Positions 36,707-45,742 of a stretch of 64,000 nucleotides of DNA are shown piece by piece; within the stretch, counting starts at the first letter, position 1; every line of letters begins with the position of its first letter. Under the pieces are notes generated by a model, which was not told the DNA's origin, ran no database searches, and worked only from the letters and a program-made list of their open reading frames with translations. Both the position numbers and the translations under genes were made by a program. Location: assembly GCA_019385495.1 (NCBI GenBank), contig GCA_019385495.1_4102.1; one strand, given 5' to 3'. This DNA is from a phage.

Positions 36707-39496
36707 ATGTTAAACAATAATATTGATAATATTGTACAACTTCTTTATGGGCATCACAAATTTATTGAAAGAAATACTGGTGATACAATAGACCCAACAG
36801 TACAACATTATGTGGTGAATAATCAGGGTGTTTTGGCGAACAACCGTCATTTTATTAACTATTCTGCAATGGAAGGTCAACCAAACGGTGACGGGACAAC
36901 AGAAGGTCAAAGTCTATTAATTTTAGGATACATTTATGCGTATCTGGCAACAAATGATCCAATGTTTTTAGATAAAGCCAAATGGTACTGGGATGCATAT
37001 CATCAGTACTTTTATGCTGGGCGTGAATTACCAGACCCACCAACCCCACTGCAATGTAACTGGATAGTTAATGCCAAAGAACCGATTTTGGCTAACTGGC
37101 CTTTAGCTGATGATGGATGGCCTACACATGGTGGTTTCAAGGGTGTAGAATTTACATTTACAAATGGACAATGTAAAATACCACATGGTGCACCTTATTA
37201 TGGTCAGTTCTTGGATAAAGTAACATTTGCATTCAAAGGTGCTTTAGCATGGAACCAAATAAATGCGTCAGTAAAAGCTTTATTACCAGATGGTAGTGTT
37301 GATTGGGATACACCAGGTGAACAATATGATGTTGACTGGATTATTGATTTCATGGGTAGAAAAATCGACTGGGATGGTAATATTTTAGCAGAAGGTTTTG
37401 ACGAATCTGAAAAAGGAACTGTTCAATTAAAGAATACAACAATTAATGGTGTATATAAATTAAATTTTGCTAATCGTCAACCAGTAGAATATGGTGGTGT
37501 GATAATTCAACGAAATGAAATGCAACACAACCGCCCTCTTCATGTTCCAATTGATTTGGAATTTGCTGATAACGCATCAGATGCAGAATTATGGTTTAGT
37601 GATGCTTCTTATTTGTTATATAAAATAACAAAAGAAAGAAAACATTATTTGGGTTGGAAATGTTCACTACTAACGTGTTATGCTTATGGTGATATTGACT
37701 CCAGAGATAAATTTTTCAGACAAAGTACAATTGTAACCACACCATTCACTGATGGTATTTCCTATGAATATTTTTATCCAAGTGATGCTATTGCTAAGTT
37801 TGGTAGAAATTCTCTAGGATATATTACTATCAGGCAAGACCAAAGTGCACAAAGTACAATGGAACAACAAGCTATTTGGTTCAGGGTCAATGCTGATTCT
37901 AAATTACTTGTAGACTATGGTGGTGTATGTGATGATGGTAAGCCGTTATCATTTAAACCAGTACTGGAATTGTCAAAAACAAAAAATGACCATGATGTTG
38001 TTCGTTATCGTTGTGGCTTACCGGAAAGTAAAGACCAAAATATCACACATTCATTAACACCTTTAAGTGCATTTGTTAGAGAAAAGAAAGCAGATGGTTC
38101 CCCTTATATAATTGCTGATAGTAGAATTGTTGTTCCTTATGGTGCAGCTACGTCCGAAATGATATATAGTACTGATATATTAGTTACACGCCGCGATACC
38201 ATTAATCAGTTAGTTTGTGGTGAAGATGATGGTGCTGTTATTGGATTTTGGCTATTAGCAACAAATAAGTCTGAAGTTAAATCTTTTACATATCGTTCAT
38301 ATGAAGATGATTACAATATAAGAATTGTAGATGATAATGGTTGGAGATGGTGGTGGATGATTCCTGCAACACACGGGGAATGGACTACAATCACACTAAG
38401 TTCCGATACATTACGTTTATCTGGGTATCAGCCAAATCATCCAAGTTCTGACCCAAGACCAGATGCACCAGTTTATAGTGAACTAGAAGATATTACTATT
38501 TTACCTGATACAACCCCAGTAGATGGTGTTGCTGCAATAATTGATTGGTATTGTATTAATGACATTCCAGAATTATACACGGATGCTGACGGTGATGACT
38601 ATACTATGACATTTTCAATAACAATTGCAGGTGAATCACCATATACTGCACAGTTAGGGGATTGTGTAATCAAGGATTATTTGTTAAACTCATTGCATTA
38701 CACACCAGGAACAATACCATTTTCTAACATCACTGACCCGTATGCGAACCAGTATTCAGGATGGCGTGGTTTACCGTATCCAGGTTATCAATATCCTGTG
38801 ATATATTGTTTTAAAGACCAGCCGGTAGATAACACACGCTTAGGAAACATGTTAAGCTTTATGAAAGATTCCCAAACATGGTTTACTCAACAATTCGGTA
38901 CTGTTGGTCCGTGTGCACAAGCATATGTTTGGAACCGCTGGGATAACTTAAAATATGGTGAACCAGATACATTTACTATGCTACATTGGGGTGATCAAGC
39001 ATGGAGTGGGTATGAACCACGTGCGTTCTTTGGGGCTGCCAGAGCATGGCAAGAACTCGCAGAGAGAGGAATTGAACCACCAGCAGATCTTGTTGAATTT
39101 TGTGAGAATTGGATTCACTTTTTAATTCAATTTCAAAAAGATAATGATGGTCGTTCACCAACAATCTTCAATAAAGATGGCACAGTTGAAGGTCCAGATT
39201 GGGACTTTACAGGTCATATGTGTGGGTTGTGGTTAGCTGGGGCTTGTGCTGCTGGATTGGCTGGATGTAAAATAGAAGGTCTAACAACACTCGCTGATAA
39301 CTTAGTTCTCGAACTTCAAAAGAATTATGTTATTGTAAATCCAGGTTCACCAATGAATGGTTCATGGAGTCCAGCAGTCAGAGAAGGTACTGATAATGGT
39401 ATGTTTTTTGGTTTCTGGGCAGGTGAGATTATGCGTGGATTGGGATTATACTCAATGTACCGCTTAAACACACCAAATCGTTTCCGTGATTTATAA
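36707..39496 (+). CDS. large hypothetical protein (929 aa), Trp-rich
   Basis: Long ORF; function not recognised. Confidence 0.5.
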   Translation: MLNNNIDNIVQLLYGHHKFIERNTGDTIDPTVQHYVVNNQGVLANNRHFINYSAMEGQPNGDGTTEGQSLLILGYIYAYLATNDPMFLDKAKWYWDAYHQYFYAGRELPDPPTPLQCNWIVNAKEPILANWPLADDGWPTHGGFKGVEFTFTNGQCKIPHGAPYYGQFLDKVTFAFKGALAWNQINASVKALLPDGSVDWDTPGEQYDVDWIIDFMGRKIDWDGNILAEGFDESEKGTVQLKNTTINGVYKLNFANRQPVEYGGVIIQRNEMQHNRPLHVPIDLEFADNASDAELWFSDASYLLYKITKERKHYLGWKCSLLTCYAYGDIDSRDKFFRQSTIVTTPFTDGISYEYFYPSDAIAKFGRNSLGYITIRQDQSAQSTMEQQAIWFRVNADSKLLVDYGGVCDDGKPLSFKPVLELSKTKNDHDVVRYRCGLPESKDQNITHSLTPLSAFVREKKADGSPYIIADSRIVVPYGAATSEMIYSTDILVTRRDTINQLVCGEDDGAVIGFWLLATNKSEVKSFTYRSYEDDYNIRIVDDNGWRWWWMIPATHGEWTTITLSSDTLRLSGYQPNHPSSDPRPDAPVYSELEDITILPDTTPVDGVAAIIDWYCINDIPELYTDADGDDYTMTFSITIAGESPYTAQLGDCVIKDYLLNSLHYTPGTIPFSNITDPYANQYSGWRGLPYPGYQYPVIYCFKDQPVDNTRLGNMLSFMKDSQTWFTQQFGTVGPCAQAYVWNRWDNLKYGEPDTFTMLHWGDQAWSGYEPRAFFGAARAWQELAERGIEPPADLVEFCENWIHFLIQFQKDNDGRSPTIFNKDGTVEGPDWDFTGHMCGLWLAGACAAGLAGCKIEGLTTLADNLVLELQKNYVIVNPGSPMNGSWSPAVREGTDNGMFFGFWAGEIMRGLGLYSMYRLNTPNRFRDL

Positions 39497-39497
39497 C

Positions 39498-39526
39498 TTG
39501 ACATAGAAAAAGTAATTATGTATAAT
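39498..39526 (+). promoter_or_regulatory. consensus sigma70 promoter
   Basis: TTGACA (39498-39503), 17 nt, TATAAT (39521-39526). Confidence 0.7.
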
Positions 39527-39527
39527 C

Positions 39528-39558
39528 AGAGAACTTCATATGGAGTTCTCTTTTTTTA
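39528..39558 (+). terminator. intrinsic terminator immediately downstream of the promoter -10
   Basis: AGAGAACT-tcatatgg-AGTTCTCT followed by TTTTTTT. Confidence 0.6.
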
Positions 39559-39570
39559 TAAGGTGATAAA

Positions 39571-39990
39571 ATGTTAAATGAACGTATTAAAAATGCACTA
39601 CATGTATTGAACCAAGAAGTAAATTCTATTGATAAAAGTACTGACCGTTATAAAGTAATGCATGAAATCAAACAAGAATTGGAATCTATTAATAAGGGAG
39701 AATGGTGGTATCTTCAGCCCGAATATCAAACTCGTGAATTAAACGATGTTGAAAAAGAAATTGTCAAATTCATCACTACTCGTTACTGTGATACATCAGA
39801 GAATGAGGTATCAGCGAACTTCAATCTTACTAAATTGGAAGTCGAAGAAAAATTCAATTTTGATTGGCTTGATTGGATTGAAATGGTCATGGAACTAGAA
39901 GAAAAATTCAATGTTGAAGTTGATGAAAAGTTCGAGAATAATGAAACGAAGCTGTATGAACTAGTAGAACATATTCAAAAAATGTTGTAA
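39571..39990 (+). CDS. hypothetical acidic protein
   Basis: RBS AAGGTGA; E/D-rich. Confidence 0.45.
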   Translation: MLNERIKNALHVLNQEVNSIDKSTDRYKVMHEIKQELESINKGEWWYLQPEYQTRELNDVEKEIVKFITTRYCDTSENEVSANFNLTKLEVEEKFNFDWLDWIEMVMELEEKFNVEVDEKFENNETKLYELVEHIQKML

Positions 39991-40043
39991 AACTATACAA
40001 TTGTATACTCTAAATAATATCATCAACTATAGGAGATATTATT

Positions 40044-40418
40044 ATGAGTATGTTAGAAATAATTGTTTCAAAAATTCTTATTCCATTTTGGAAACCAATT
40101 TCTTTTGTATTATTAATTGGCGGTTCAGCTTATGCTGGTTGGGAAGCTAATACTTATTACAGTGGATATCAACAAAGCATAGAGCAACAAATAGCTAAAA
40201 AAGTTGATACCGCCTTGGATAAAATGCAACAAGAAAATGCAAAAAATTACCTTGAAACTAAAAAAATCATGGAAGATAATGCTAAAGTTATTGAAACAAA
40301 AGTTCCTTTTATTGTAGAACGTGAAGTTTATAAGAATGTATGTTTAGATGAAGATGGTGTAAAAGTACTGAATGAACTAAAACAAAATTCTCAAGCTGCG
40401 AGGAATAAATTCAAATGA
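40044..40418 (+). CDS. putative i-spanin (Rz-like)
   Basis: N-terminal TM helix then coiled-coil-like region; followed by overlapping lipoprotein gene. Confidence 0.5.
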   Translation: MSMLEIIVSKILIPFWKPISFVLLIGGSAYAGWEANTYYSGYQQSIEQQIAKKVDTALDKMQQENAKNYLETKKIMEDNAKVIETKVPFIVEREVYKNVCLDEDGVKVLNELKQNSQAARNKFK

Positions 40419-40723
40419 AAAAATTATTAGTTCCGTTTATTTCTTTTTTAATTATAAGTGGATGTGCAGAACAAGTAAAACTACAATCCCCTGCACCAAT
40501 TAAACAAGAAATTCTGTTAGAAAGATGTGATGATGATACACCTCTACCACAAAAAATTATGATTGACAAAAATGGTTTTAAAGGTTATGATGGTGCAGAA
40601 ATTCTTAAAGTACTTACTCGTTGGGATGCAGTATACAACGAATGTGCTTTAAAACATGATGCATTAATTAAAACTATTCGTGATTTACAAGGTAAAGATA
40701 TTAAAATCAATATCAAGGAATAA
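40415..40723 (+). CDS. putative o-spanin lipoprotein (Rz1-like)
   Basis: Signal peptide with lipobox ISGC; ATGA overlap with upstream gene. Confidence 0.5.
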   Translation: MKKLLVPFISFLIISGCAEQVKLQSPAPIKQEILLERCDDDTPLPQKIMIDKNGFKGYDGAEILKVLTRWDAVYNECALKHDALIKTIRDLQGKDIKINIKE

Positions 40724-40724
40724 A

Positions 40725-41195
40725 ATGAACAAATATCATGTTTACTATACGACCAAATTATCACTTCTTGACGAATTAAATCAACGAAGTACTAAGATGA
40801 AACGCTACACTTTAAATGGTATTACTTTTCGATATTTCCCACAAAAAGTTCTTACATTTATTAAGAATCCAAAATGCGTGGCATGTGGGATTGAAGCTAC
40901 TGAAGTACGCATTGAACGTTCATTATGTTCTGATCCAGTATATGGTAAACCACATTTAAATGTATATGCTGTATGTGGTCTTTATGAAGTTTTAATGACA
41001 GTTGACCATAATCATCTGGCATCTAAGGGTGGACCTGATTTAGAGTCAAACTTTAATACTATGTGCTCCAGATGTAATCAACTACGTTCGAATAAAACTG
41101 AAACAGTTGATGAGTTTCTTGAGAAAGTTAAAGGTCGTAATCTTCTCCAAGAACATATGAATAATTTCTTTAATGTACAAAAAAAAGAAAAATAA
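40725..41195 (+). CDS. HNH endonuclease
   Basis: VDHNHLASKGG..N..CSRCN HNH motif; RBS AAGGAA; ORF-track start 40680. Confidence 0.75.
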   Translation: MNKYHVYYTTKLSLLDELNQRSTKMKRYTLNGITFRYFPQKVLTFIKNPKCVACGIEATEVRIERSLCSDPVYGKPHLNVYAVCGLYEVLMTVDHNHLASKGGPDLESNFNTMCSRCNQLRSNKTETVDEFLEKVKGRNLLQEHMNNFFNVQKKEK

Positions 41196-41350
41196 CATTG
41201 ACAAGTCGAAACTACTAGAAGAACGTAGGTTACGTCAAGAATTATGGGAAACTGATCATCTATGGCATGTTCGAGAGTTTGGTCGTCATATGAAAGCTTT
41301 GAAAAAAGAACAGAAGAAATTGAATAAACATGATTGATATGATATTATAG

Positions 41351-41379
41351 GGACTTGAGTATTCAAGTCCTTTTTTTTT
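41351..41379 (+). terminator. intrinsic terminator
   Basis: GGACTTGA-gtat-TCAAGTCC followed by T9. Confidence 0.75.
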
Positions 41380-41390
41380 GGAGAAAATAA

Positions 41391-41747
41391 ATGAAATCTA
41401 AAATCTTTTTACCACAATTAATGTGGCATCTAGCAGAGTTAGATGAAAATGATGAATATACTGACTATGGTGCATGGGATGACAGTACTGAAACTTTTAA
41501 ACCAGATGTAAAATATAAAATCATCTGCAATGAAAGCAAAGGACACAAAAGGTGGACTGAAGAATTTGATCTCGTATTTCTTGACATGAGCACAAATAAG
41601 TTTTATCATTGTAATTATGAACGAGGTTTAACAGAAGATAGACCAGTACAACCATTCAGTACTGAAACTGATGGTGTTAAGTGCAATGAAGTTTCTGTTA
41701 CCAGAGAAGAAATTATCACTTATCGAACTTTGTGGAAATATTTGTAA
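41391..41747 (+). CDS. hypothetical protein
   Basis: RBS GGAG. Confidence 0.45.
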   Translation: MKSKIFLPQLMWHLAELDENDEYTDYGAWDDSTETFKPDVKYKIICNESKGHKRWTEEFDLVFLDMSTNKFYHCNYERGLTEDRPVQPFSTETDGVKCNEVSVTREEIITYRTLWKYL

Positions 41748-41748
41748 A

Positions 41749-42147
41749 ATGCTTAAAGAATTAGATTTTTCAAACTTAGAAATTATCAGTGCTGTAAAAA
41801 ACATTTCCGATATGGGAGATGAGAAAGCAGTTCTTGTTACTATTACTTTTGTAAAAGAAAAAGATAGCTATAGCTATTTAACTGGCATTGAAGAACTAAT
41901 TCATAAAACCAATCTTGAGAATGATGGTAAACTCATCAAGCTTCAGGCTTCCTATACGCAAAAAACGTCAAATTTTATAGACCTAAATAATGTAGTCAAG
42001 GTGGTATACAATCATCCTGAACACACATATAGGAATACGACAAGAAATGAAAATGTTGCTAACGATTCGAATATTATCGAAGATGTTGAATTCATAAACA
42101 CAATTTTTGATCGTTGTTCTAAGGATTTAAAAAAAGTATACATGTAA
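41749..42147 (+). CDS. hypothetical protein
   Basis: First ATG after upstream stop; ORF-track start 41671 overlaps the upstream gene. Confidence 0.4.
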   Translation: MLKELDFSNLEIISAVKNISDMGDEKAVLVTITFVKEKDSYSYLTGIEELIHKTNLENDGKLIKLQASYTQKTSNFIDLNNVVKVVYNHPEHTYRNTTRNENVANDSNIIEDVEFINTIFDRCSKDLKKVYM

Positions 42148-42176
42148 TGGGACATTATATGTTCCAATGATATAAT
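42148..42176 (+). promoter_or_regulatory. promoter with imperfect palindrome TGGGACAT-tat-ATGTTCCA and extended -10
   Basis: Palindrome 42148-42166; TGaTATAAT 42168-42176. Confidence 0.5.
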
Positions 42177-42183
42177 GTATATA

Positions 42184-42699
42184 GAAAATGACAACGGACA
42201 TTGAAAAATGGACACTGAGAACCTACTTCTCTTGAAAATGTAAAGGATAGATGAGCTTTACCGTTGTAGCGAACAGCAGAAGAAACCTGTTAGAGTACTG
42301 GCATTCAAACAAACACGATGTAAGACCACGAATCACGGCGACACGGCTGTATAAAGAACTCCGATAAGCATACAGAGAGTTCCTAGATAGATGTATAAGG
42401 TTCGCACCTTACCAGATTTGCTAAGGGAGTTTAAGAATAGCGGACGCAATTTTACAAGAAAGTTGCGTCCAAAATTTGAGAACAGGTACTTACTTTGATC
42501 GAATAGAGTTAGTACTGAGTGCTGTTGATGAAAAGACCAGCGACCGTTGCATATGACTGCGATAGAGAGAAACCGAGCAACCCGCTTTCGCTCTCTAAAT
42601 TTTGGTACAAGAAAGATCCGTCCAAAATTTGAGAAATTCGCAATTCGATAATATCCGATGCCATCATCGTCAAGAGAGACTTAATTGTCTCTTTTTTAT
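42184..42699 (+). ncRNA. candidate structured non-coding RNA (about 0.5 kb, unknown class)
   Basis: No credible ORF; GC visibly higher than flanks; own promoter and terminator; several GC-rich hairpins and a 30-nt direct repeat. Confidence 0.3.
42673..42699 (+). terminator. intrinsic terminator
   Basis: AGAGAC-ttaatt-GTCTCT followed by TTTTTTATT. Confidence 0.6.
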
Positions 42700-42837
42700 T
42701 ACCTTCATTCCCCTGCGGGGGGATGTAATAGTCCTCAACAAATCCCGTCAAGTTTTTAAAGTACATTATCATTTTCAGAAGGAACAAGTTTACGAAGTAA
42801 ACGCAGTGACTTCTTGAGTTACGAGAGAACGAAGTGA

Positions 42838-43266
42838 ATGAGTAACACAACGAAAATATCCGATAAATCCGAATTAACACAAATGTTATTCAAAGAATAT
42901 TTTGAGTTTCAGATAAAAGACGAACATCAATTACCACAGCAATATTTGAAAAGAATTAAAGATCCGTCAGTAATTACTAAAGAAACTAATTTTTATAATA
43001 GTATTTTGGATTTCGTTAAATCAGTTCATACAACAAGACCTATTGTAGTTTTGTTTTTTGATAAATCTATTCCTTTAGTAGTTCCTGAAAATGTATTTTT
43101 TATTTCAGAAACTGATTTAAATAATCAAAGTACTGTAAGTAGATTAAGAAATTGCTTACTTGTAGTATGTGATTCTTCTTTGTATAATAACAGAATACTA
43201 TGGGATAGAAGTAAACGCAATGCAGTTTCTGAAATGAATCCTGAAATTACCTTTATTATTAACTAA
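42838..43266 (+). CDS. hypothetical protein
   Basis: ORF. Confidence 0.45.
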   Translation: MSNTTKISDKSELTQMLFKEYFEFQIKDEHQLPQQYLKRIKDPSVITKETNFYNSILDFVKSVHTTRPIVVLFFDKSIPLVVPENVFFISETDLNNQSTVSRLRNCLLVVCDSSLYNNRILWDRSKRNAVSEMNPEITFIIN

Positions 43267-43298
43267 ATAATAAGAGAATAACTCTAAGGAGAGATATT

Positions 43299-43739
43299 AT
43301 GGAAGATATTAATGATTTACGACACGTAATGGACTTTATCGGAAGTACTGAAGAAGATAATTCGTATGATGAAGTACTATTAACTTTTATTGAAAATAGT
43401 TTGTTTTTAAGTTCTGCTGCACATAACTGGCACTTACAATGTCATTTTTATACAAAGCATTTACAATTAGATGAACTATATAAAGAATTACCAGAATATG
43501 TAGACGCATTTGTTGAAGGTATTATGAATAATCGTGGTGCTTTGCAAGTTGGGACTGGTAATAGTTATCGTTTTACACCAATTGAAGATTGTGTACCAAT
43601 TCTTGAAGAATATGTTGAGCAATGCAGAGCAATTCATGATATGCTTGAAGAATCGGGTGATTACGGCAGTGTAAACACATTAGAAGATATTATGAGTTTT
43701 GTTGAAGGAACACTTTACAAACTTAAAGTTTTACAATAA
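43299..43739 (+). CDS. hypothetical acidic protein
   Basis: RBS AAGGAG. Confidence 0.45.
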   Translation: MEDINDLRHVMDFIGSTEEDNSYDEVLLTFIENSLFLSSAAHNWHLQCHFYTKHLQLDELYKELPEYVDAFVEGIMNNRGALQVGTGNSYRFTPIEDCVPILEEYVEQCRAIHDMLEESGDYGSVNTLEDIMSFVEGTLYKLKVLQ

Positions 43740-43787
43740 ACTATATGGAGAGTCGCTATGACTCTCCTTTTCTTTTGGAGAAATAAT

Positions 43788-44405
43788 ATGAAATCGCATG
43801 AGTTAGCAAAATTACTACTATCTCAACCAAATCTAGAAATTTATCATTATGATGCAGAGAGTGACTTGCATTATCAGAATTTTGATAATAGATTAATGGT
43901 TACACCATCTGGTATTTTCACAACGGTAAAACCTACATCAGTTTCTGAAAATGTACTTACACCATACGAAACCCCCCTCTTGGGTCATGTGCAAATTTTC
44001 TTTAAGGATGGTACTATTACTCCAAAATTGGAGGGTTCACATATTCAAACTGTTCTTAGCTTAGAATATGGGTTGGTATTTAACATTCCTTATGAAAAGC
44101 CAATTGTTTTATTAGGTAAAAATAAATCAACACAATTCTCTAATCAACATGCTGTTTGTTATACATCTGATGATATTGATTTCATTTCAGTACTGACAGA
44201 ATATGATCCTAATACTTGGCATGAAACATGGGAAAATATGTCATATGATGAAGCAATTGAATGTGGTAAAAATTTAGCCAAAATGTTATTTCCACCGAAA
44301 AAAGAACTTTCACAAGAACAAAATGAATCATTTTCTAAAGATTTTCCTGATTCTGAATTCAATGTAAAAGTATCACCTTCTATGATTGATAAAATTGAAA
44401 AATAA
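43788..44405 (+). CDS. hypothetical protein (paralog of 45141-45725)
   Basis: N-terminus HELAKLLLSQPNLEIYHYD vs KDLAALLMQNPEMEVYHEH; ORF-track start 43758. Confidence 0.45.
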   Translation: MKSHELAKLLLSQPNLEIYHYDAESDLHYQNFDNRLMVTPSGIFTTVKPTSVSENVLTPYETPLLGHVQIFFKDGTITPKLEGSHIQTVLSLEYGLVFNIPYEKPIVLLGKNKSTQFSNQHAVCYTSDDIDFISVLTEYDPNTWHETWENMSYDEAIECGKNLAKMLFPPKKELSQEQNESFSKDFPDSEFNVKVSPSMIDKIEK

Positions 44406-44417
44406 AAGAGGTTGAAC

Positions 44418-44771
44418 ATGAGTGATTACCGCGTAACATCTGGACTAATGGCACGTCTTATTGAAGCAGTTCCTGAAGATGATTATGAAGCTATTTCAGA
44501 TCGTCTTTTTGACGCAGATTCTAAACTCCATATTACATATGATGGTGCATTGATTTACAGTACTGATATTGATATGTCTAGTTATGAATTTGAGATTTCT
44601 TTTGGTAACAAACTAACTACTGAAGAATTCGCTCGAAAATGTGAGCGTGAAGGATTCTGTATTGATATTAGTTCAGTTCAGCCATATACATCACTGTGGT
44701 ATGATGGTGCTGATAGTCCAATGTCTACTACATCTTTACAGGATTTTCTAAATGCAAATCAAAAAGATTAA
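44418..44771 (+). CDS. hypothetical protein
   Basis: ATG after AGAGG. Confidence 0.45.
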   Translation: MSDYRVTSGLMARLIEAVPEDDYEAISDRLFDADSKLHITYDGALIYSTDIDMSSYEFEISFGNKLTTEEFARKCEREGFCIDISSVQPYTSLWYDGADSPMSTTSLQDFLNANQKD

Positions 44772-45144
44772 ATTCCACCAGCATTGTTCTATACATGAAT
44801 GTGATGATTGTGGTATACAAATGAGTGATATTTATACAGTTTCCTGTAAAGGTTTCAAATTCACTCATGGTGAACCTGCTTACTGTTATGGCACAGAAGA
44901 AGGTGATATCGAGATAGTACTGAAAGAATTGTTCCAGTACTTGCAAAGTGTCGGTCATGATGTTACAATACCCACATATTATGAAGATGATTATGATGTA
45001 CATGTAGAAGAAAATACATATTATAATCAATTCGTTTATGGTAATGGTTTTATCACATACCTACATGAGAATGGTATTGAGGTAAAAACTAAGTACACCA
45101 GTGATGATTATGATGATGATAATTCTATGGAGATTGAAGATTGA
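44752..45144 (+). CDS. hypothetical acidic protein
   Basis: ORF. Confidence 0.45.
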   Translation: MQIKKIKFHQHCSIHECDDCGIQMSDIYTVSCKGFKFTHGEPAYCYGTEEGDIEIVLKELFQYLQSVGHDVTIPTYYEDDYDVHVEENTYYNQFVYGNGFITYLHENGIEVKTKYTSDDYDDDNSMEIED

Positions 45145-45725
45145 AAGCAAAAGACTTGGCAGCACTGTTGATGCAGAATCCTGAAATGGAAGTGTATCAT
45201 GAGCACATGCACATTGATGACATGTGTGACGCTTACTATTCACCAGAAAATGTGTCTGGTATTGAAATCACCCCTAGTGGAGTATTCATCAGTACTGAAC
45301 GTATTGATTTGAATTCCCAGCAAGAAATCAAAACTCCACATAATAAACCTCGCATTGGTGCTATTGACCTAGTATTTCATCAGGACCGTTTGGTGGAATA
45401 TGATGAAGACGATGGTACTACTCAAACTGATGTTGAGAATGTTGTTTTTCGTTTTTATAATGCATACGAAGACCCAACTACTGGAGAAGATTTCTTCCGT
45501 GAGCTATTAGAGGATGGGGAAGTTTATGGTCAGGATGGTACGGTTTTTGTACTAGACCCTAACTATGAGCCAGATCACAATACATGGCAATTCTATACAC
45601 CAGAAGATGTAATGGAAGTTAAAGTACTTATCGATATTGACGATAAATGGAATCCTATGTATACTTCAATGACATATGAAGAAGCCAAAGAATACTTCGT
45701 TTCTAAACTAAACATTACAAAATAA
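45141..45725 (+). CDS. hypothetical protein (paralog of 43788-44405)
   Basis: TTG start overlapping upstream stop (TTGA). Confidence 0.45.
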   Translation: MKAKDLAALLMQNPEMEVYHEHMHIDDMCDAYYSPENVSGIEITPSGVFISTERIDLNSQQEIKTPHNKPRIGAIDLVFHQDRLVEYDEDDGTTQTDVENVVFRFYNAYEDPTTGEDFFRELLEDGEVYGQDGTVFVLDPNYEPDHNTWQFYTPEDVMEVKVLIDIDDKWNPMYTSMTYEEAKEYFVSKLNITK

Positions 45726-45742
45726 TAAGGATTCACAAATTT

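Noticed and set aside
42453-42636. Mini CRISPR array
   Set aside because: Only two repeat copies, 153 nt apart, with unequal hairpin context; not CRISPR-like spacing.
42148-42840. tRNA genes in the ORF-free region
   Set aside because: No segment has the 7-nt GTTCRANYC-type T-loop closed by a 5-bp stem with a matching acceptor stem. The best candidate (42396-42411) has a 6-nt loop and no acceptor pairing.
42148-42840. Group I intron splitting a gene
   Set aside because: The flanking ORFs (41749-42147, 42838-43266) each have their own start and stop and do not read as halves of one protein.
42509-42880. Minus-strand 123 aa ORF across the ncRNA region
   Set aside because: Low-complexity sequence, no RBS, overlaps the start of the downstream + gene; more likely an open frame by chance in GC-richer DNA.
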